A stretch of DNA of 64,000 nt from Bdellovibrionota bacterium (lineage in GTDB: Bacteria; Bdellovibrionota; UBA1018; CAIPTA01; JAALKR01), in contig CBDBMJ010000001.1 of the NCBI GenBank assembly GCA_965207455.1, positions 256,001 through 320,000 on the forward strand, written 5' to 3'. Shown in pieces: positions 1-12,760 of this stretch. The position numbers were made by a program, and so were the translations under genes. Numbering within the stretch: position 1 is the first letter of the stretch; the number at the start of each line of letters is the position of its first letter. The notes under the pieces were generated by a model. That model made no database searches and had not been told where the DNA came from. It worked only from the letters and a program-made list of their open reading frames with translations.

Positions 1-2
1 CT

Positions 3-671
3 TTAATTTAAGTCCAGAACAGTACTGGAACCCTGTTTGCGTTCATTGGCAGGAACTTCGCCCTTATGTATCCAAACTTTTATGCCAATTTGACCGTATG
101 TGGTTTTTGCGGTGGCCACGCCGTAATCAATATTAGCCTGGAGTGTGTGCAGGGGTACGCTACCCTCGGCATAGCCCTCTGTACGCGCAATATCAGTTCC
201 GCCGAGTCTGCCCGCTACTTTTATCTTTATTCCTTTCACGCCTATCTTCTGGGCCGTGGACATGGCTTTTTTCATGGCTCTACGGAAAGCCACTCGCCTT
301 TGTAGTTGGTCCGATATACTCTCTGCCACCAAGGTAGCATCTATTTCTGGCTTTCGTATCTCTAAGATATTGAGCACTAGATCGTCTTTGGTAAATTTTT
401 GTATTTCATCTTGGAGCCCTTCCACCCCACTGCCTTTTTTTCCGATAATTAAACCCGGTCGAGAGCTATATACATTCACTTTTATTTTATTTGCAGCACG
501 CTCAATATTGATCTTTGAAATACCAGCCGAGTATAGCTTTTTCTTAAGGTAACGATTGAGCTTTAAATCTTCATGGAGATGTTGGGCGTAATTTTTTTTT
601 GTAAACCAGCGAGAACTCCAAGTTTTAGAAATTCCAATGCGAAAGCCTATCGGGTGTGTTTTTTGTCCCAT
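3..671 (-). CDS. rpsC: 30S ribosomal protein S3
   Basis: [14 protein letters not shown]-terminus, GRLGG..IAR.E, VPLHTL..IDY; S10 operon position. Confidence 0.98.
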   Translation of the reverse strand: MGQKTHPIGFRIGISKTWSSRWFTKKNYAQHLHEDLKLNRYLKKKLYSAGISKINIERAANKIKVNVYSSRPGLIIGKKGSGVEGLQDEIQKFTKDDLVLNILEIRKPEIDATLVAESISDQLQRRVAFRRAMKKAMSTAQKIGVKGIKIKVAGRLGGTDIARTEGYAEGSVPLHTLQANIDYGVATAKTTYGQIGIKVWIHKGEVPANERKQGSSTVLDLN

Positions 672-674
672 GGT

Positions 675-1007
675 TTACTTTTCCTCCAATTCTACGGAAA
701 TATGGCTTGTTCTTTTATTGATAGGAGCACCTCGCCCTTGAGCCCTTGGACGAAAGCGCTTTAGGGTTGGTCCCTGATCAATAAGTAGTGATTTTATATA
801 AAGAGTATCCAGATCCACTTTTCCCGTTTGGTCCGCATTCGCAGATGCACTTTCTATCACAGTGGTTAAGGCCTCGGCAGCCCTACGCCTTGGACTAAAG
901 TGCAGGGTTTTTAGGGCTTCATTGATGCCCTTGCCTCGAATTAACTCGGACAGTAGTCGTAGCTTCCTTGGGGCGATACGAATATATTTTGCTTTTGCTT
1001 TTACCAT
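675..1007 (-). CDS. rplV: 50S ribosomal protein L22
   Basis: IRIAPRKLR, GPTLKRFRPRAQGR..I.KRTSHI. Confidence 0.98.
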   Translation of the reverse strand: MVKAKAKYIRIAPRKLRLLSELIRGKGINEALKTLHFSPRRRAAEALTTVIESASANADQTGKVDLDTLYIKSLLIDQGPTLKRFRPRAQGRGAPINKRTSHISVELEEK

Positions 1008-1015
1008 GTTCCTTT

Positions 1016-1306
1016 TTATCCTTTACCTGCAGAGGCTTTCTTATCCGCTGGTGTGTGCCCGTGGAAGGTGCGTGTGGGAGAAAATTCTCCTAAACAGTGA
1101 CCCACCATATTTTCCGATACGTATACGGGGATAAACTTCCTACCGTTGTGTACCGCAAATGTGAGACCAATAAAATCTGGAGTGATTGTGGAACGACGGG
1201 ACCAAGTCTTAATCAAACCCTTGGTATTTCCTTCTTCCTTACATTTGTCCACTTTCTTTTGTAAGTGGTCGTCTACAAATGGTCCTTTGTGTAAAGACCT
1301 ACCCAT
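1016..1306 (-). CDS. rpsS: 30S ribosomal protein S19
   Basis: [33 protein letters not shown]. Confidence 0.98.
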   Translation of the reverse strand: MGRSLHKGPFVDDHLQKKVDKCKEEGNTKGLIKTWSRRSTITPDFIGLTFAVHNGRKFIPVYVSENMVGHCLGEFSPTRTFHGHTPADKKASAGKG

Positions 1307-1335
1307 AATATTGTCTCCCCATTATTGCCTCCTCA

Positions 1336-2160
1336 TTATTTTTTCTTTCTACCTTTTACGATAAATTTGCTTGTTCGTTTATTTTTTCTTGTTTTCAAAC
1401 CTTTTACACACCAGCCCCAGGGCGAACGGGGAATACCACCTGAGGCACGTCCCTCACCACCTCCCATGGGATGATCCACGGGGTTCATGGCCACACCACG
1501 CACGGTTGGTCGTCGACCCATTTTGCGAGCTCTTCCCGCACTTCCAATCGTTACGTTTTCATGGTCAGGATTGCTCAACTGACCAACGGTAGCCCAACAT
1601 TTCATTAAAATCTTTCGAACCTCTCCCGAGGGCATTTTAATTTGTCCATAAGCACCTTCTTTTGCCACAATTTGGGCATGGTTTCCTGCGGAACGAACAA
1701 GTTGACCACCCTTTCCTGGTCGTAATTCCACGTTGTGTATCAATGTACCCAGAGGAATTTTTTCGAGAGAAAGGGAGTTGCCCGGCTTAATATCCGCATC
1801 GTCGCTTGCTAGAACCCTATCACCCACCTTTAAGTTTTGTGGGGCTAGGATATAGCGCTTTTCTCCGTCCGTATAATGGAGTAGGGCAAGGAAGGCACTA
1901 CGGTTTGGATCATACTCGAGAGCAGCCACCTTTGCGGGAATCTCTCTTTTACTGCGTTTGAAATCTATGATCCGGTAGCGTCGCTTTACTCCTCCACCCT
2001 TGTGACGGCAGGTGATCCTTCCATACATACCCCGTCCACCTCTGGGCTGTAGGGGTTCTAGAAGACTTTTTTCAGGAGCTTTTTTTGTTAATACACTATA
2101 ATCCACCACAGTTCGGTAACGTAGTGAAGGTGTGGTTGGTTTAAATTTTTTCAATGCCAT
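1336..2160 (-). CDS. rplB: 50S ribosomal protein L2
   Basis: [26 protein letters not shown]. Confidence 0.99.
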   Translation of the reverse strand: MALKKFKPTTPSLRYRTVVDYSVLTKKAPEKSLLEPLQPRGGRGMYGRITCRHKGGGVKRRYRIIDFKRSKREIPAKVAALEYDPNRSAFLALLHYTDGEKRYILAPQNLKVGDRVLASDDADIKPGNSLSLEKIPLGTLIHNVELRPGKGGQLVRSAGNHAQIVAKEGAYGQIKMPSGEVRKILMKCWATVGQLSNPDHENVTIGSAGRARKMGRRPTVRGVAMNPVDHPMGGGEGRASGGIPRSPWGWCVKGLKTRKNKRTSKFIVKGRKKK

Positions 2161-2169
2161 ATTTTACCT

Positions 2170-2481
2170 CTAGACTCCCTTAATAAATTCTATTTTGTCC
2201 CCTTCTTTTAGGGTAACAATTGCTTTTTTCCATTTGGGTTTATTTGAATTCACTGATTTCTGCGCACCCTTGCTTCGTGCAAATGTATAGGGTTTGCCGG
2301 GCATCACCATGGTGCGAACATCCTTCACCGTTACTTTGAAAAAAATCTCTATCGCTTCTCTAATTTGAGGCTTGGTTGCTCCTTTAGCCACTCGGAAATA
2401 AACCTTATTATGGAGTTCTCCCTGTTGAGTACTTTTTTCACTCACTAGGGGACGCTTTATTATTTCTAAACCGTTATCCAT
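2170..2481 (-). CDS. rplW: 50S ribosomal protein L23 (start trimmed to MDNGLEIIKRP)
   Basis: RPLVSEKS, ATKPQIREAIE..F.V.V..V.T, WKKAIVTL; start overlaps the rplD stop. Confidence 0.95.
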   Translation of the reverse strand: MDNGLEIIKRPLVSEKSTQQGELHNKVYFRVAKGATKPQIREAIEIFFKVTVKDVRTMVMPGKPYTFARSKGAQKSVNSNKPKWKKAIVTLKEGDKIEFIKGV

Positions 2482-3148
2482 GGCTGGTCTCTTGTTTTTC
2501 TGGTTGTTTTTCTGGTTGTTTTGATAGCTTGGATAGTTTTTCGCCAAGAGCCAGTGCTGTTTGTTTGCTAAGGATAAGCCATTCATATTTTACAATATCG
2601 TAGACGTTAGCCCCCTCTGTGCGTAAAAATTTATGGCTGGGGAGATTTCTTGAAGCCATTTCTAAGGATTTGTTGGGCTCGTCGATTACTAGGGCTTTAT
2701 CCATGCCAAACTTTTTTTCCAGCAGCTCTTGCATAAATTTGGTTTTTGGTTTTTCTAGGGTTAAACTTTCCACAACTAGGAGTCGTTTGGCTTGGAGGCG
2801 GTCTGAGAGTACGGAACACATAGCTCCTTGTGCCATTTTTTTCGGTACTGCTTGCCAGAAACTACGTGTTCTGGGACCAAAGATAACACCACCACCCTTA
2901 TTTAAGGGAGAACGCGTGGAACCTTGGCGAGCGTTACCCGTTCCTTTTTGCTTAAAGGGTTTTTTACCTCCTCCGCGAACTTCTCCTTTTGTTTTCGTAT
3001 GGGCAGTGCCCCTTCTACGACCAGAGAGCTGAGCCACAACCACTTGGTGTACAAGAGAGGGACGAACTTTTGTTGCAAAGACGGAGTCTGGAAGATCCAC
3101 AGAACCCACTACTTTCTTTTCTAAATTGTAGACGTTTATTTTAGGCAT
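2474..3148 (-). CDS. rplD: 50S ribosomal protein L4 (start trimmed to MPKINVYN)
   Basis: GTAHTKTKGEVRGGGKKPFKQKGTGNARQGS. Confidence 0.98.
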   Translation of the reverse strand: MPKINVYNLEKKVVGSVDLPDSVFATKVRPSLVHQVVVAQLSGRRRGTAHTKTKGEVRGGGKKPFKQKGTGNARQGSTRSPLNKGGGVIFGPRTRSFWQAVPKKMAQGAMCSVLSDRLQAKRLLVVESLTLEKPKTKFMQELLEKKFGMDKALVIDEPNKSLEMASRNLPSHKFLRTEGANVYDIVKYEWLILSKQTALALGEKLSKLSKQPEKQPEKQETSHG

Positions 3149-3914
3149 TTGTTCGCCCACTCTTCTTTTTACTTAGGGTGATCCGAACGATGGCACCCTT
3201 TCCTCCCGGAACAGCTCCGTTAAGAAGGAGTACATTTTTTTCTTTATCAAAACTCACTACTCGTACATTCTGTATAGTATGGCGTACATCTCCCATGTGG
3301 CCGCCCATTTTTTTCCCGGGGAAAACTCGACCCGGAGATGTGTTTTGACCAATGGATCCTCCCACTCTATGTACTAGAGAGTGACCGTGGGAATCACAGG
3401 AACCAGAAAAATTCCAACGTTTCATTACTCCCTGAAAGCCCTTTCCTTTGGAGAAACTCATAACGTCTACAAATTTTTCTTTTTCTAAAAATTCTGTGGA
3501 AATAACTGTTCCTGGGGATGGATCTCCCGGGGATTTTGCTAGTCGAAATTCCTCCACGTGGTAAAATGCGGGCGCATTGGCTTTTTTGAAATGACCAATC
3601 TCAGGCTTATTTGCATGCTGTTGCTTTCTTTTATGAAACCCTAGTTGGAGGGCACAGTAGTGGTCCTTTTTCTTGTCCTTTACCTGGGTAATCACTGTTT
3701 TATTTTCCATGTCCAGCACAGTTACGGGTAGGCTTTTTCCATCATCTGTAAAGTATCGGGTCATGCCGCTTTTTCGAGCAAAGACACAGCCTAGGGCAAA
3801 AGCAGAGTCGGTGGTTTTTGGTGCTTCGCTTGTCTGTTGAGGGGCTTTTTTTGCCTCTTGGGGCGCTTCCTCGGTTTTGACAGCTGCTTTATTTTCTGTT
3901 GTATTCTCGCTCAT
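3141..3914 (-). CDS. rplC: 50S ribosomal protein L3 with ~35-aa N-terminal low-complexity extension
   Basis: [34 protein letters not shown]. Confidence 0.97.
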   Translation of the reverse strand: MSENTTENKAAVKTEEAPQEAKKAPQQTSEAPKTTDSAFALGCVFARKSGMTRYFTDDGKSLPVTVLDMENKTVITQVKDKKKDHYCALQLGFHKRKQQHANKPEIGHFKKANAPAFYHVEEFRLAKSPGDPSPGTVISTEFLEKEKFVDVMSFSKGKGFQGVMKRWNFSGSCDSHGHSLVHRVGGSIGQNTSPGRVFPGKKMGGHMGDVRHTIQNVRVVSFDKEKNVLLLNGAVPGGKGAIVRITLSKKKSGRTNA

Positions 3915-3935
3915 CTTCTCTACTCTTCCTTTTAT

Positions 3936-4241
3936 TTACGACTTAATCTCCACGTCCACTCCAGCAGACAAGTCCAGCTTCATCAGTGAGTCCACGGTTT
4001 GTTGTGTGGGCTCTAAAATATCTAAAATTCGCTTGTGGGTCCGCATTTCAAACTGCTCCCTAGATTTTTTATCAATATGGGGAGATCGCAGGACTGTGTA
4101 TTTGTTAATAACAACGGGAAGGGGGATAGGACCCACCACTTTGGCACCCGTTTGCTTTGCTGTATTGACAATATCCCAAACGGATTGATCGAGCACATGG
4201 TGATCGAAAGCTTTTAGTTTTATTCTAATTTTTGTGTTCAT
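3936..4241 (-). CDS. rpsJ: 30S ribosomal protein S10
   Basis: [30 protein letters not shown]. Confidence 0.99.
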   Translation of the reverse strand: MNTKIRIKLKAFDHHVLDQSVWDIVNTAKQTGAKVVGPIPLPVVINKYTVLRSPHIDKKSREQFEMRTHKRILDILEPTQQTVDSLMKLDLSAGVDVEIKS

Positions 4242-4257
4242 ACTTCCTTCTATTCCT

Positions 4258-5448
4258 TTATTCTAAAATTTCTGTCACTAAGCCGGCGCCCACTGTTCTG
4301 CCGCCTTCTCGTACAGCAAAGCGTAGTTCCTTGTTCATTGCCACAGGTACTAATAACTCCACTTCAAATTGGGTATTATCTCCAGGCATAACCATCTCCA
4401 CATCTTTGGGTAATTGTACGGATCCAGTAACGTCTGTGGTTCGGAAATAAAATTGTGGACGGTAGCCGTTAAAGAACGGAGTGTGTCTTCCACCCTCTTC
4501 TTTCGAGAGTATATATACCTCAGCTTTGAATTTCTTGTGGGGTTTAATGGAACCGGGTGCAGCCAGAACTTGTCCACGTTCCACGTCCTCCCGTTTTGTT
4601 CCTCTAAGTAAGGCTCCTATGTTGTCTCCCGCACGACCCTCGTCCAAAAGCTTACGAAACATTTCCACACCCGTAACGATGGTTTTTGTGGTGTCTTTAA
4701 TTCCCACGATTTCCACCTCTCCACCTACTTTTATAATTCCTTGCTCCACACGACCCGTTGCCACAGTTCCCCTACCTGAAATGGAGAACACATCCTCCAC
4801 AGGCATAAGGAATGGTTTGTCGATTTCACGCTTGGGCTCTGCAATAGTGCTGTCCACGGCTTCCATTAATTTTTCAATGGCAGGGGCACCAAGCTCAGAG
4901 GTGTCTCCCTCTAAGGCCTTGAGGGCAGAACCTATGATGATAGGAATTTTGTCGCCGGGAAATTCATAGCTGGAAAGCAGTTCCCGCACTTCCATTTCCA
5001 CGAGCTCTAGAAGTTCTTTGTCGTCCACCATGTCTGCCTTATTTAAAAAGACCACAAGGGCAGGAACTCCCACCTGACGAGCCAAAAGGATATGCTCCCT
5101 TGTCTGAGGCATGGGACCGTCGGCAGCGCTCACCACTAGAATGCCACCATCCATTTGGGCAGCTCCCGTAATCATATTTTTCACATAGTCGGCGTGGCCT
5201 GGACAGTCTACGTGGGCGTAGTGGCGATTGCTTGTTTCATATTCCACGTGGGCTGTGTTGATGGTAATTCCACGAGCCTTTTCCTCAGGTGCAGAGTCGA
5301 TATCCGCATAGTCCCGAAACACACCCCCTTGCTTGGCCGACAATATTTTTGTAATTGCCGCTGTTAGGGTTGTTTTTCCATGGTCGACGTGACCAATTGT
5401 TCCGATGTTTAAGTGGGGTTTTGTCCGCTTAAATTTTTCTTTTGCCAT
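4258..5448 (-). CDS. tuf: Elongation factor Tu
   Basis: [26 protein letters not shown]; 396 aa. Confidence 0.99.
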   Translation of the reverse strand: MAKEKFKRTKPHLNIGTIGHVDHGKTTLTAAITKILSAKQGGVFRDYADIDSAPEEKARGITINTAHVEYETSNRHYAHVDCPGHADYVKNMITGAAQMDGGILVVSAADGPMPQTREHILLARQVGVPALVVFLNKADMVDDKELLELVEMEVRELLSSYEFPGDKIPIIIGSALKALEGDTSELGAPAIEKLMEAVDSTIAEPKREIDKPFLMPVEDVFSISGRGTVATGRVEQGIIKVGGEVEIVGIKDTTKTIVTGVEMFRKLLDEGRAGDNIGALLRGTKREDVERGQVLAAPGSIKPHKKFKAEVYILSKEEGGRHTPFFNGYRPQFYFRTTDVTGSVQLPKDVEMVMPGDNTQFEVELLVPVAMNKELRFAVREGGRTVGAGLVTEILE

Positions 5449-5468
5449 TTATTTTTTCTCCTTCATCA

Positions 5469-7556
5469 TTAATCTTCTCTTCCAGTTATCTTAAAACGTA
5501 TTTTCTTTGCAATCGCTGGTGCCACCATATCATAGCATGATGGCATCATTGAGTAACTAGCCCTTCCTTGGCTCATTGATCTCAGGTCTGTAGCATACCC
5601 GAACATTCCCTTTAAGGGAACTTTTCCGCGAATAATTTGCCCATTTGCATGGGGAATTATCTCTAAAATCTTGCCTCGTCGCCCGCTAAGGTCGCTAACT
5701 ATCTCCCCCATATAGTTCTCTGGGGTGGATATCTCGCATTTCATAATCGGCTCCAGTAAAACGGGGCTAGCCGCCTCACAGGATTGTTGAAATGCTAGGG
5801 CAGAAACGATTTTAAAGGCTATTTCAGAAGAATCCTCTTCTCGAAATTTCCCGTTCACAACAGCCACATGGATGTCTACCACAGGAAACCCCGCAAAGAC
5901 ACCTGAGTCTAGCACTTCTACCACGCCATGCCTGATAGAATCAATAAATTTTTGAGGCCAAAGCTTAGGGGAGAGTCGATTTTCAAAGGAAAAACCCGAT
6001 CCTCGCTCCTTAGGGGAAACCTCCATAGTACAAGAGGCATAGTGGTTTTTTCCCGCAATAAGGCGTTCAATGGAAACCTGCTTTTTAGCAGGGGCACTAA
6101 TGCTCTCCCGGTAGGAAACCTGAGGACTGCCCATATTCGCCTCCACTCGAAACTCTCTGGATAGGCGGTCTTTGAGAATTTCTAGGTGAAGCTCTCCCAT
6201 GCCACTCACAATGGTTTGCCCCGTTTCTTTGTCTTGGTGCATACGAAAGGTGGGATCCTCTACAGACAAAATCTCTAATGATTTCAATAGCTTATTTCTA
6301 TTTTCTGTGGTTTTGGATTCAATGGCCATGGAGATGACTGGATCAGGAGCCGTGATGGATTCCAGTAGGATGGGCTTTTTTTCTGAGCACAGGGTGTCTC
6401 CTGTGCGTGTGGCTTGAAATCCCACAACAGCGGCAATATCACCGGCGCATACTTCTTTTAAATCCTCCCGACGGTTGGCATGCATTTGTAACAGGCGACC
6501 CACTCGCTCCCTTTTCTTTTTTGTGGCGTTATAGATGGTTTTGCCCACCTCTAGCTTTCCGCTATAGACTCGAATAAAGGTGAGTATGCCTGAGAAGGAA
6601 TCATGGACGATTTTAAATGCGAGTGCACTGAAGGGTTCATTCTGATCGGGAGCAAATTTCACATCTTTGTCCTGATTTTTTTCGTCTTTGCCTATGATCG
6701 AGCCTTTGTCTATAGGGGAGGGTAGGTAGGCAACAATAGCATCGAGTAGGCTTTGCACACCTATATTTTTGAACGAGGAACCACAGAAAACGGGAATAAT
6801 TTTTCCTTGGGTAACAGCTCGTCTAATAGCAGTTTCCAACTCTTCGGTGCTAATCACCTTTTCTTCCAGAAATTTCTCCAATAAATCTTCATCGATTTCG
6901 CTAATGGCTTCCACAAGCTTGTCTCTAGCTTCCTGGGATTTTTCTTGGAAGTCTTTGGGAATTTCTTTCTCTTCAAATTGCATACCTTTGGATTCCACAT
7001 TCCAGCAGAAGGCTCGCATGTGTATTAAGTCGATGACTCCAGTAAAGGAATCCTCTGCGCCGATGGGAAGTTGTAGGGGAACGGCATTGGCTTGGAGGCG
7101 TTTCCTAAGAGTGTTAACTACTCGTTCAAAATCCGCGCCCACCCGGTCCATTTTATTGATGTATATCAACCGGGGTACTTTATAATAATTGGCCTGGTTC
7201 CACACAGTTTCACTTTGTGGTTCCACGCCGCCCACAGCACAGAAAATAGCCACCAGCCCATCGAGAACTCGCATTGTGCGCTCCACTTCGATGGTGAAAT
7301 CCACATGTCCCGGGGTATCGATAATATTAATTTTATGGTCTTTCCAAAAACAACTGGTGGCCGCTGAGGTGATGGTAATTCCCCGTTCCTGCTCCTGAGG
7401 CATCCAGTCCATTACGGCAGTGCCCTCATGGACTTCGCCCAGTCGATGGATTCGGTTGGTGTAGAAGAGGACGCGCTCTGTGGTGGTGGTTTTACCCGCA
7501 TCTATATGGGCGGCAAATCCCATGTTACGCATATTTTGAAGTTGAGTTCTGGCCAT
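5469..7556 (-). CDS. fusA: Elongation factor G (str-operon copy, divergent domain IV)
   Basis: [26 protein letters not shown]; lies between rpsG and tuf. Confidence 0.95.
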   Translation of the reverse strand: MARTQLQNMRNMGFAAHIDAGKTTTTERVLFYTNRIHRLGEVHEGTAVMDWMPQEQERGITITSAATSCFWKDHKINIIDTPGHVDFTIEVERTMRVLDGLVAIFCAVGGVEPQSETVWNQANYYKVPRLIYINKMDRVGADFERVVNTLRKRLQANAVPLQLPIGAEDSFTGVIDLIHMRAFCWNVESKGMQFEEKEIPKDFQEKSQEARDKLVEAISEIDEDLLEKFLEEKVISTEELETAIRRAVTQGKIIPVFCGSSFKNIGVQSLLDAIVAYLPSPIDKGSIIGKDEKNQDKDVKFAPDQNEPFSALAFKIVHDSFSGILTFIRVYSGKLEVGKTIYNATKKKRERVGRLLQMHANRREDLKEVCAGDIAAVVGFQATRTGDTLCSEKKPILLESITAPDPVISMAIESKTTENRNKLLKSLEILSVEDPTFRMHQDKETGQTIVSGMGELHLEILKDRLSREFRVEANMGSPQVSYRESISAPAKKQVSIERLIAGKNHYASCTMEVSPKERGSGFSFENRLSPKLWPQKFIDSIRHGVVEVLDSGVFAGFPVVDIHVAVVNGKFREEDSSEIAFKIVSALAFQQSCEAASPVLLEPIMKCEISTPENYMGEIVSDLSGRRGKILEIIPHANGQIIRGKVPLKGMFGYATDLRSMSQGRASYSMMPSCYDMVAPAIAKKIRFKITGRED

Positions 7557-7609
7557 TCATCGCAGGCAGTTGGAAAAAATCCCTTACCTGTCTCCTTGTG
7601 GTTTCGTTT

Positions 7610-8077
7610 CTAAAATCTAAAGTGGGAGAACGCTTTGTTTGCATCTGCCATACGGTGCACATCCTCTCGTTTTTTCATAGCGCCACCGCGCTGGTTATAG
7701 GCATCTACTAATTCTCCGGCTAGTCTTTCCATCATGTTTTTTTCACTTCGTGCCCTAGAGGCTTCAATAATCCAGCGAAAGGAAAGGGCACCTCGACGTT
7801 GGGGACGCACCTCACAGGGAACTTGGTAGTTGGCTCCCCCCACACGACGGCTCTTTACTTCCACCTGCGGCTTCACATTTTCAATGGCTTTTTTAAAAAT
7901 CTTTAACGGTTCTTCTTCCAGTTTGGCTTGGGCAATGTCCAGAGCGCCATAGATGATTTTCTCTGCGATGGACTTTTTTCCGTCTTTCATGAGTATATTC
8001 ACAAACTTTGCTACAAGGACTTCCTTGTATTTGGGATCAGGCAGGATTGCTCTTGGCTGGTGTGCTTTTCTACCCAT
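7610..8077 (-). CDS. rpsG: 30S ribosomal protein S7
   Basis: [30 protein letters not shown]. Confidence 0.99.
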   Translation of the reverse strand: MGRKAHQPRAILPDPKYKEVLVAKFVNILMKDGKKSIAEKIIYGALDIAQAKLEEEPLKIFKKAIENVKPQVEVKSRRVGGANYQVPCEVRPQRRGALSFRWIIEASRARSEKNMMERLAGELVDAYNQRGGAMKKREDVHRMADANKAFSHFRF

Positions 8078-8098
8078 GGTCTAGTCCGTTTCTTTTTA

Positions 8099-8479
8099 TC
8101 ATTTTGATTTCGACACTCGCTTGGTTCCGTATTTAGAGCGGCCTTGTTTTCGGTTAGCCACACCTTGGGCATCGAGCACTCCACGGATGGTATGGTAGCG
8201 GACACCGGGAAGGTCTTTTACTCGCCCTCCGCGGATTAAAACGATGGAGTGTTCCTGTAGGTTGTGACCTACCCCAGGGATATAGCTGGTTACTTCAAAA
8301 TTATTGGCTAGGCGAACTCGGCAAACTTTCCGTAGGGCAGAGTTGGGTTTTTTCGGTGTGGTGGTGTATACGCGAGTGCAAACTCCTCGTTTTTGGGGGG
8401 ATTTTTTTAATGCTGGGGAGTTGGTTTTCACCACCTTGGATCGTCTCCCTTTTCGCACAAGTTGATTAATTGTTGGCAT
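8099..8479 (-). CDS. rpsL: 30S ribosomal protein S12 (start trimmed to MPTINQL)
   Basis: [25 protein letters not shown]. Confidence 0.99.
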   Translation of the reverse strand: MPTINQLVRKGRRSKVVKTNSPALKKSPQKRGVCTRVYTTTPKKPNSALRKVCRVRLANNFEVTSYIPGVGHNLQEHSIVLIRGGRVKDLPGVRYHTIRGVLDAQGVANRKQGRSKYGTKRVSKSK

Positions 8480-8556
8480 ATACTTCTTTCCTAACCACTC
8501 ATATAGCAAGCCTATACTCTAAAGGCAAGTGGTTATAGCCTCCAGCAGGAGGAGGG

Positions 8557-11500
8557 TTATTGGTGGGTGGACTGTAAAATAGCACTATGCTGTATACTCT
8601 CCATTTCTTCTTCTATATCATCTTCTTCTAAATCTTCTGCATCATCCACATCTATCATATAATTCTTGTACTTGAGGAGGCCTGTACCGGCTGGTATCAG
8701 TCGTCCCATGATGACGTTTTCCTTGAGCCCTTTTAGGTGATCGATTTTTCCAGAAAGGGCAGCCTCGGTGAGTACTTTAGTGGTTTCTTGGAAGGAAGAG
8801 GCTGAGATAAAGCTCTTTGTGGATAGTGAGGCCTTGGTAATTCCCAATAAAACGGGTTCGTATGTGGCAGGAACGCCTCCCTCGGCTTGGATTTTACTAT
8901 TTTCCTCTCGTAGGACTCTACGGTCCACATTCTCTCCGGGGGTGAATTGGCTATCTCCATTATCGAGTATCTTCACTTTGCGTAGCATTTGGGCTGCAAT
9001 TACTTCCACATGTTTGTCATTAATTTTCACTCCCTGTAGGCGGTAGACTTCTTGGACCTGATCCACTAGGTAGCGGGCGAGGGCTTCCACGCCTTTTACT
9101 TTTAAAATGTCGTGGGGATCGATGGGACCGTCCATAAGGGGGTCGCCTGCGCGTACATAGTCGCCTTCGTTGACGGTTAGGTGTCGTCCCCTTTGTATGA
9201 GTTTTTCCACGGGCTTTTGTTTCGAGTCTTTTTCTGGGGTGATAATTAACTTACGCTTGCCCTTGGTATCCTTACCAAAGCTAATGGTTCCTTCCACGTC
9301 TGCAATAACAGCAGCATCTCTAGGGCACCTGGCTTCAAACAACTCGGCCACACGGGGGAGACCACCTGTGATGTCCGTTGTTTTCGACGTCTCTCGATAG
9401 ATTTTTGCTATCACATTTCCTGCCTGTATGTCCTCGCCGGATTGAATGGGCACGTGGGCACCCACGGGGAGTAGGTAGGTAGCTTTTCGGGAAGAGTCTG
9501 GAATGTCCAGTACGTCTCCTTTTTTGTCGCAAATTAATATTTTAGGTCGCTGGCTGGTTTGAGACTCAATGACCACTTGGTGGGCAAGACCTGTAACGGA
9601 ATCGAACTTCCTTTGTATGGTTACGTTTTCAATGACATCTTCAAATTGTATTTTTCCTGAAACTTCAGCCAGTATGGGAACAGTATACGGATCCCATTCG
9701 GCGATGAGTTGACCCAGTTTTACCTCTTGATTATCTTCCACTAGAAGTTTTGCTCCATAGATAACGGGGAATTTTTCTCGCTCTCGCCCGTCGGCACTCA
9801 AAATTAATACCTCACCTTGGCGGTTCATGGCTATTTTCTTACCCTCTTCCTGACTGGGTATGGCCACGAGGTTAGAAAACTTAATTCGTCCCTTCACCTT
9901 CGCTTCCAAAGTTGCCTGTTCCACTTTGCGGCTTGCTGTACCTCCGATATGGAATGTTCTCATGGTGAGCTGAGTTCCCGGCTCTCCAATGGACTGGGCT
10001 GCAATTACTCCCACGGTTTCTCCAATATTGGTCATTTTTCCTCGGCTCAGATCCCTGCCATAGCATTTTATACAAACACCAGAGACGGAATTACATTTTA
10101 GGGCAGAGCGAATTTTTACTTGGTCAATTCCAGTTTTTTCAAACATATCCACAATGGATTCTGTGATCTCTATACCACCTGTGCAGATTTTTTCTCCCGT
10201 AATGGGGTCGTTTAGATCGCCTTGTAATACTCGACCAAGAACCCGGTCGCCCATTTTTCCGATAATCTCGCCACCTTCAATCATGGCTCCAACAACAATG
10301 CCTTCTTGAGTTCCGCAGTCGTCTTCTGTAACAATCATGTCTTGGGCCACGTCCACAAGTCGTCGGGTTAGGTACCCTGAGTTTGCTGTTTTTAGGGCTG
10401 TATCCGCTAGTCCCTTACGAGCTCCGTGGGTGGAGATAAAGTATTGGAGTACGGACAAACCTTCCCGGAAGTTTGCCAAAATAGGAGTATCGATGATTTC
10501 TCCCGATGGTTTGGCCATGAGTCCGCGCATTCCAGCTAACTGACGAATTTGAGCACTAGAACCTCGGGCTCCAGAGTCTGCCATCATGTGGATGGGATTA
10601 AAGCTTGGTCCTTTTTCCACTTTTCCTGAGGAAGATGTAAATTCTTGGGTGCCGATTTTTTTCATGAGTGCTGCGGCTACTTTGTCTGCTGTTTGCGCCC
10701 AAATATCAATAATCTTATTATAGCGCTCTCCCTCGGTTATGAGACCTTCAATGTACTGGCTTTCAATCTCTTGAACTTGGCGCATTCCATCGTTGGTGAG
10801 TGTTTCTTTTTCTGGGGGAATACTCATGTCGTGTACTGATATGGAGATTCCTGTTTTCATGGCTTGCTTAAATCCTGTGGACATGAGGGCATCCACTAGG
10901 AGAACGGTGGCTTTGTTCCCTGCGGTTCGGAAGCACGTGTCGATTAGTTCTATTAAGCTTTTTTTATCCAGGGCTTTGTTGTAGGAAGCGAAGGGGATTT
11001 TTTCGGGTATAATTTGGCTTACGATGGCTCGACCAACGGTGGTGTCGTATATCTTATTATGAATTCGACACTTAACGCGAGCATGTAGCGACGCTTTTTC
11101 CATGGCATGTGCGTACTCCGCTTCACGGGGAGAGGAAAAGATTAAGCCCTCACCTTTGCAGAACGGACGATCCCTGGTCATACTATACAGTCCAAGCACA
11201 ATATCTTGTGATGGAACCACAATGGGTTGTCCGCTAGCTGGGGATAAAATATTATTGGTGGACATCATCAGCACCCGTGCCTCAATTTGTGCTTCGAGAG
11301 AAAGGGGTATATGGACGGCCATTTGGTCTCCGTCGAAGTCCGCATTAAAAGCGGCACAGACAAGGGGATGGAGTTGAATGGCTTTTCCTTCTGTGAGTTT
11401 TGGTTCAAAGGCTTGAATGCCTAGGCGGTGGAGAGTGGGTGCCCGGTTGAGCATTACGGGGTGCTCTTGCACGATTTCTTCCAGTATGTCCCAAACCTCA

Positions 11501-12714
11501 GGGCGTTCTTTTTCCACCATTTTTTTCGCACTTTTAATGGTGGTTACATATCCCTGCTCTGAGAGTTTATTGTAGATAAAGGGTTTGAAAAGTTCCAGTG
11601 CCATTGCTTTCGGCAGTCCACATTGGTGGAGCTTTAATTCTGGACCTACGATAATTACGGAACGTCCTGAGTAGTCCACCCGTTTTCCTAGAAGATTTTG
11701 ACGGAAGCGACCCTGTTTTCCTCTCAGCATATCTGAGAAAGAACGCAAAGGGCGTTTATTGGGGCCGGTAAAAGTTTTTCCCCTACGTCCATTATCATAG
11801 AGAGCGTCCACTGCTTCCTGGAGCATGCGTTTTTCATTTTGTACGATAACATCTGGTGCGCTTAGTTCTATTAGTCGTCGCAGGCGATTGTTTCGGTTAA
11901 TTACTCGTCGGTATAGATCGTTGAGATCGGAGGTGGCAAATCGACCGCCTTCCAAAGGAACAAGGGGACGGAGTTCTGGTGGAATCACGGGAATTCTAGT
12001 GAGCATCATCCACTCGGGCTTATTGTTGGAGCCATTGATGGATTTTAATACCTTTAGGGACTTTAGGAGTTTAGTTCGATGGGTTTCAGATATACTTGTT
12101 TTTAATTCTCGCTGAACTTCTCGCATGGAAATTTCCACGTCTGTTTTCTTCAAGAGTTCCAGAATGGCTTCTCCACCAATTCCCGCTCTAAAGTTTTTTC
12201 CTTCCTCAACTAACTCATGGTATTGCTCTTCTGTAAGGATATTCTTTTCCTCTAGGGCTGTTTCTCCCGGATCGAGCACAATATAGGCTTCACAGTAGAG
12301 CACGCTTTCCACTTCTTTGAGTGTTAGGGCAAGTATGGCACTGATTCGACTGGGCAGGGAACGTAGGAACCAGATATGGGCCACGGGTGTGGCAAGGTCG
12401 ATATGACCCATGCGATCCCGGCGCACTTTCGATTGGGTTACCTCTACTCCGCATTTTTCACAAATCACGCCTCTGTATTTCATTCGCTTATATTTTCCGC
12501 ATAAGCATTCATAGTCTTTTATGGGGCCAAAGATTTTTGCGCAGAAAAGACCATCTCTTTCTGGCTTAAAGGTACGGTAGTTGATAGTTTCCGGTTTTTT
12601 CACTTCTCCGTGGGACCACTGAAGCACCATATCTGCGCTTGCTATAGAGATTTTAATCGCCGTAAAATTTAACGGATCTTTTGGTTTATCAAAAAAATTT
12701 AATAAGTCTTTCAC
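8557..12714 (-). CDS. rpoC: RNA polymerase beta' subunit
   Basis: NADFDGDQM catalytic motif, N-terminal Zn-finger cysteines, 1385 aa. Confidence 0.99.
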   Translation of the reverse strand: MKDLLNFFDKPKDPLNFTAIKISIASADMVLQWSHGEVKKPETINYRTFKPERDGLFCAKIFGPIKDYECLCGKYKRMKYRGVICEKCGVEVTQSKVRRDRMGHIDLATPVAHIWFLRSLPSRISAILALTLKEVESVLYCEAYIVLDPGETALEEKNILTEEQYHELVEEGKNFRAGIGGEAILELLKKTDVEISMREVQRELKTSISETHRTKLLKSLKVLKSINGSNNKPEWMMLTRIPVIPPELRPLVPLEGGRFATSDLNDLYRRVINRNNRLRRLIELSAPDVIVQNEKRMLQEAVDALYDNGRRGKTFTGPNKRPLRSFSDMLRGKQGRFRQNLLGKRVDYSGRSVIIVGPELKLHQCGLPKAMALELFKPFIYNKLSEQGYVTTIKSAKKMVEKERPEVWDILEEIVQEHPVMLNRAPTLHRLGIQAFEPKLTEGKAIQLHPLVCAAFNADFDGDQMAVHIPLSLEAQIEARVLMMSTNNILSPASGQPIVVPSQDIVLGLYSMTRDRPFCKGEGLIFSSPREAEYAHAMEKASLHARVKCRIHNKIYDTTVGRAIVSQIIPEKIPFASYNKALDKKSLIELIDTCFRTAGNKATVLLVDALMSTGFKQAMKTGISISVHDMSIPPEKETLTNDGMRQVQEIESQYIEGLITEGERYNKIIDIWAQTADKVAAALMKKIGTQEFTSSSGKVEKGPSFNPIHMMADSGARGSSAQIRQLAGMRGLMAKPSGEIIDTPILANFREGLSVLQYFISTHGARKGLADTALKTANSGYLTRRLVDVAQDMIVTEDDCGTQEGIVVGAMIEGGEIIGKMGDRVLGRVLQGDLNDPITGEKICTGGIEITESIVDMFEKTGIDQVKIRSALKCNSVSGVCIKCYGRDLSRGKMTNIGETVGVIAAQSIGEPGTQLTMRTFHIGGTASRKVEQATLEAKVKGRIKFSNLVAIPSQEEGKKIAMNRQGEVLILSADGREREKFPVIYGAKLLVEDNQEVKLGQLIAEWDPYTVPILAEVSGKIQFEDVIENVTIQRKFDSVTGLAHQVVIESQTSQRPKILICDKKGDVLDIPDSSRKATYLLPVGAHVPIQSGEDIQAGNVIAKIYRETSKTTDITGGLPRVAELFEARCPRDAAVIADVEGTISFGKDTKGKRKLIITPEKDSKQKPVEKLIQRGRHLTVNEGDYVRAGDPLMDGPIDPHDILKVKGVEALARYLVDQVQEVYRLQGVKINDKHVEVIAAQMLRKVKILDNGDSQFTPGENVDRRVLREENSKIQAEGGVPATYEPVLLGITKASLSTKSFISASSFQETTKVLTEAALSGKIDHLKGLKENVIMGRLIPAGTGLLKYKNYMIDVDDAEDLEEDDIEEEMESIQHSAILQSTHQ

Positions 12715-12760
12715 TTTCGACCTCCATTCATTTCGTTATATCTATTTTCTAAAATAATAT

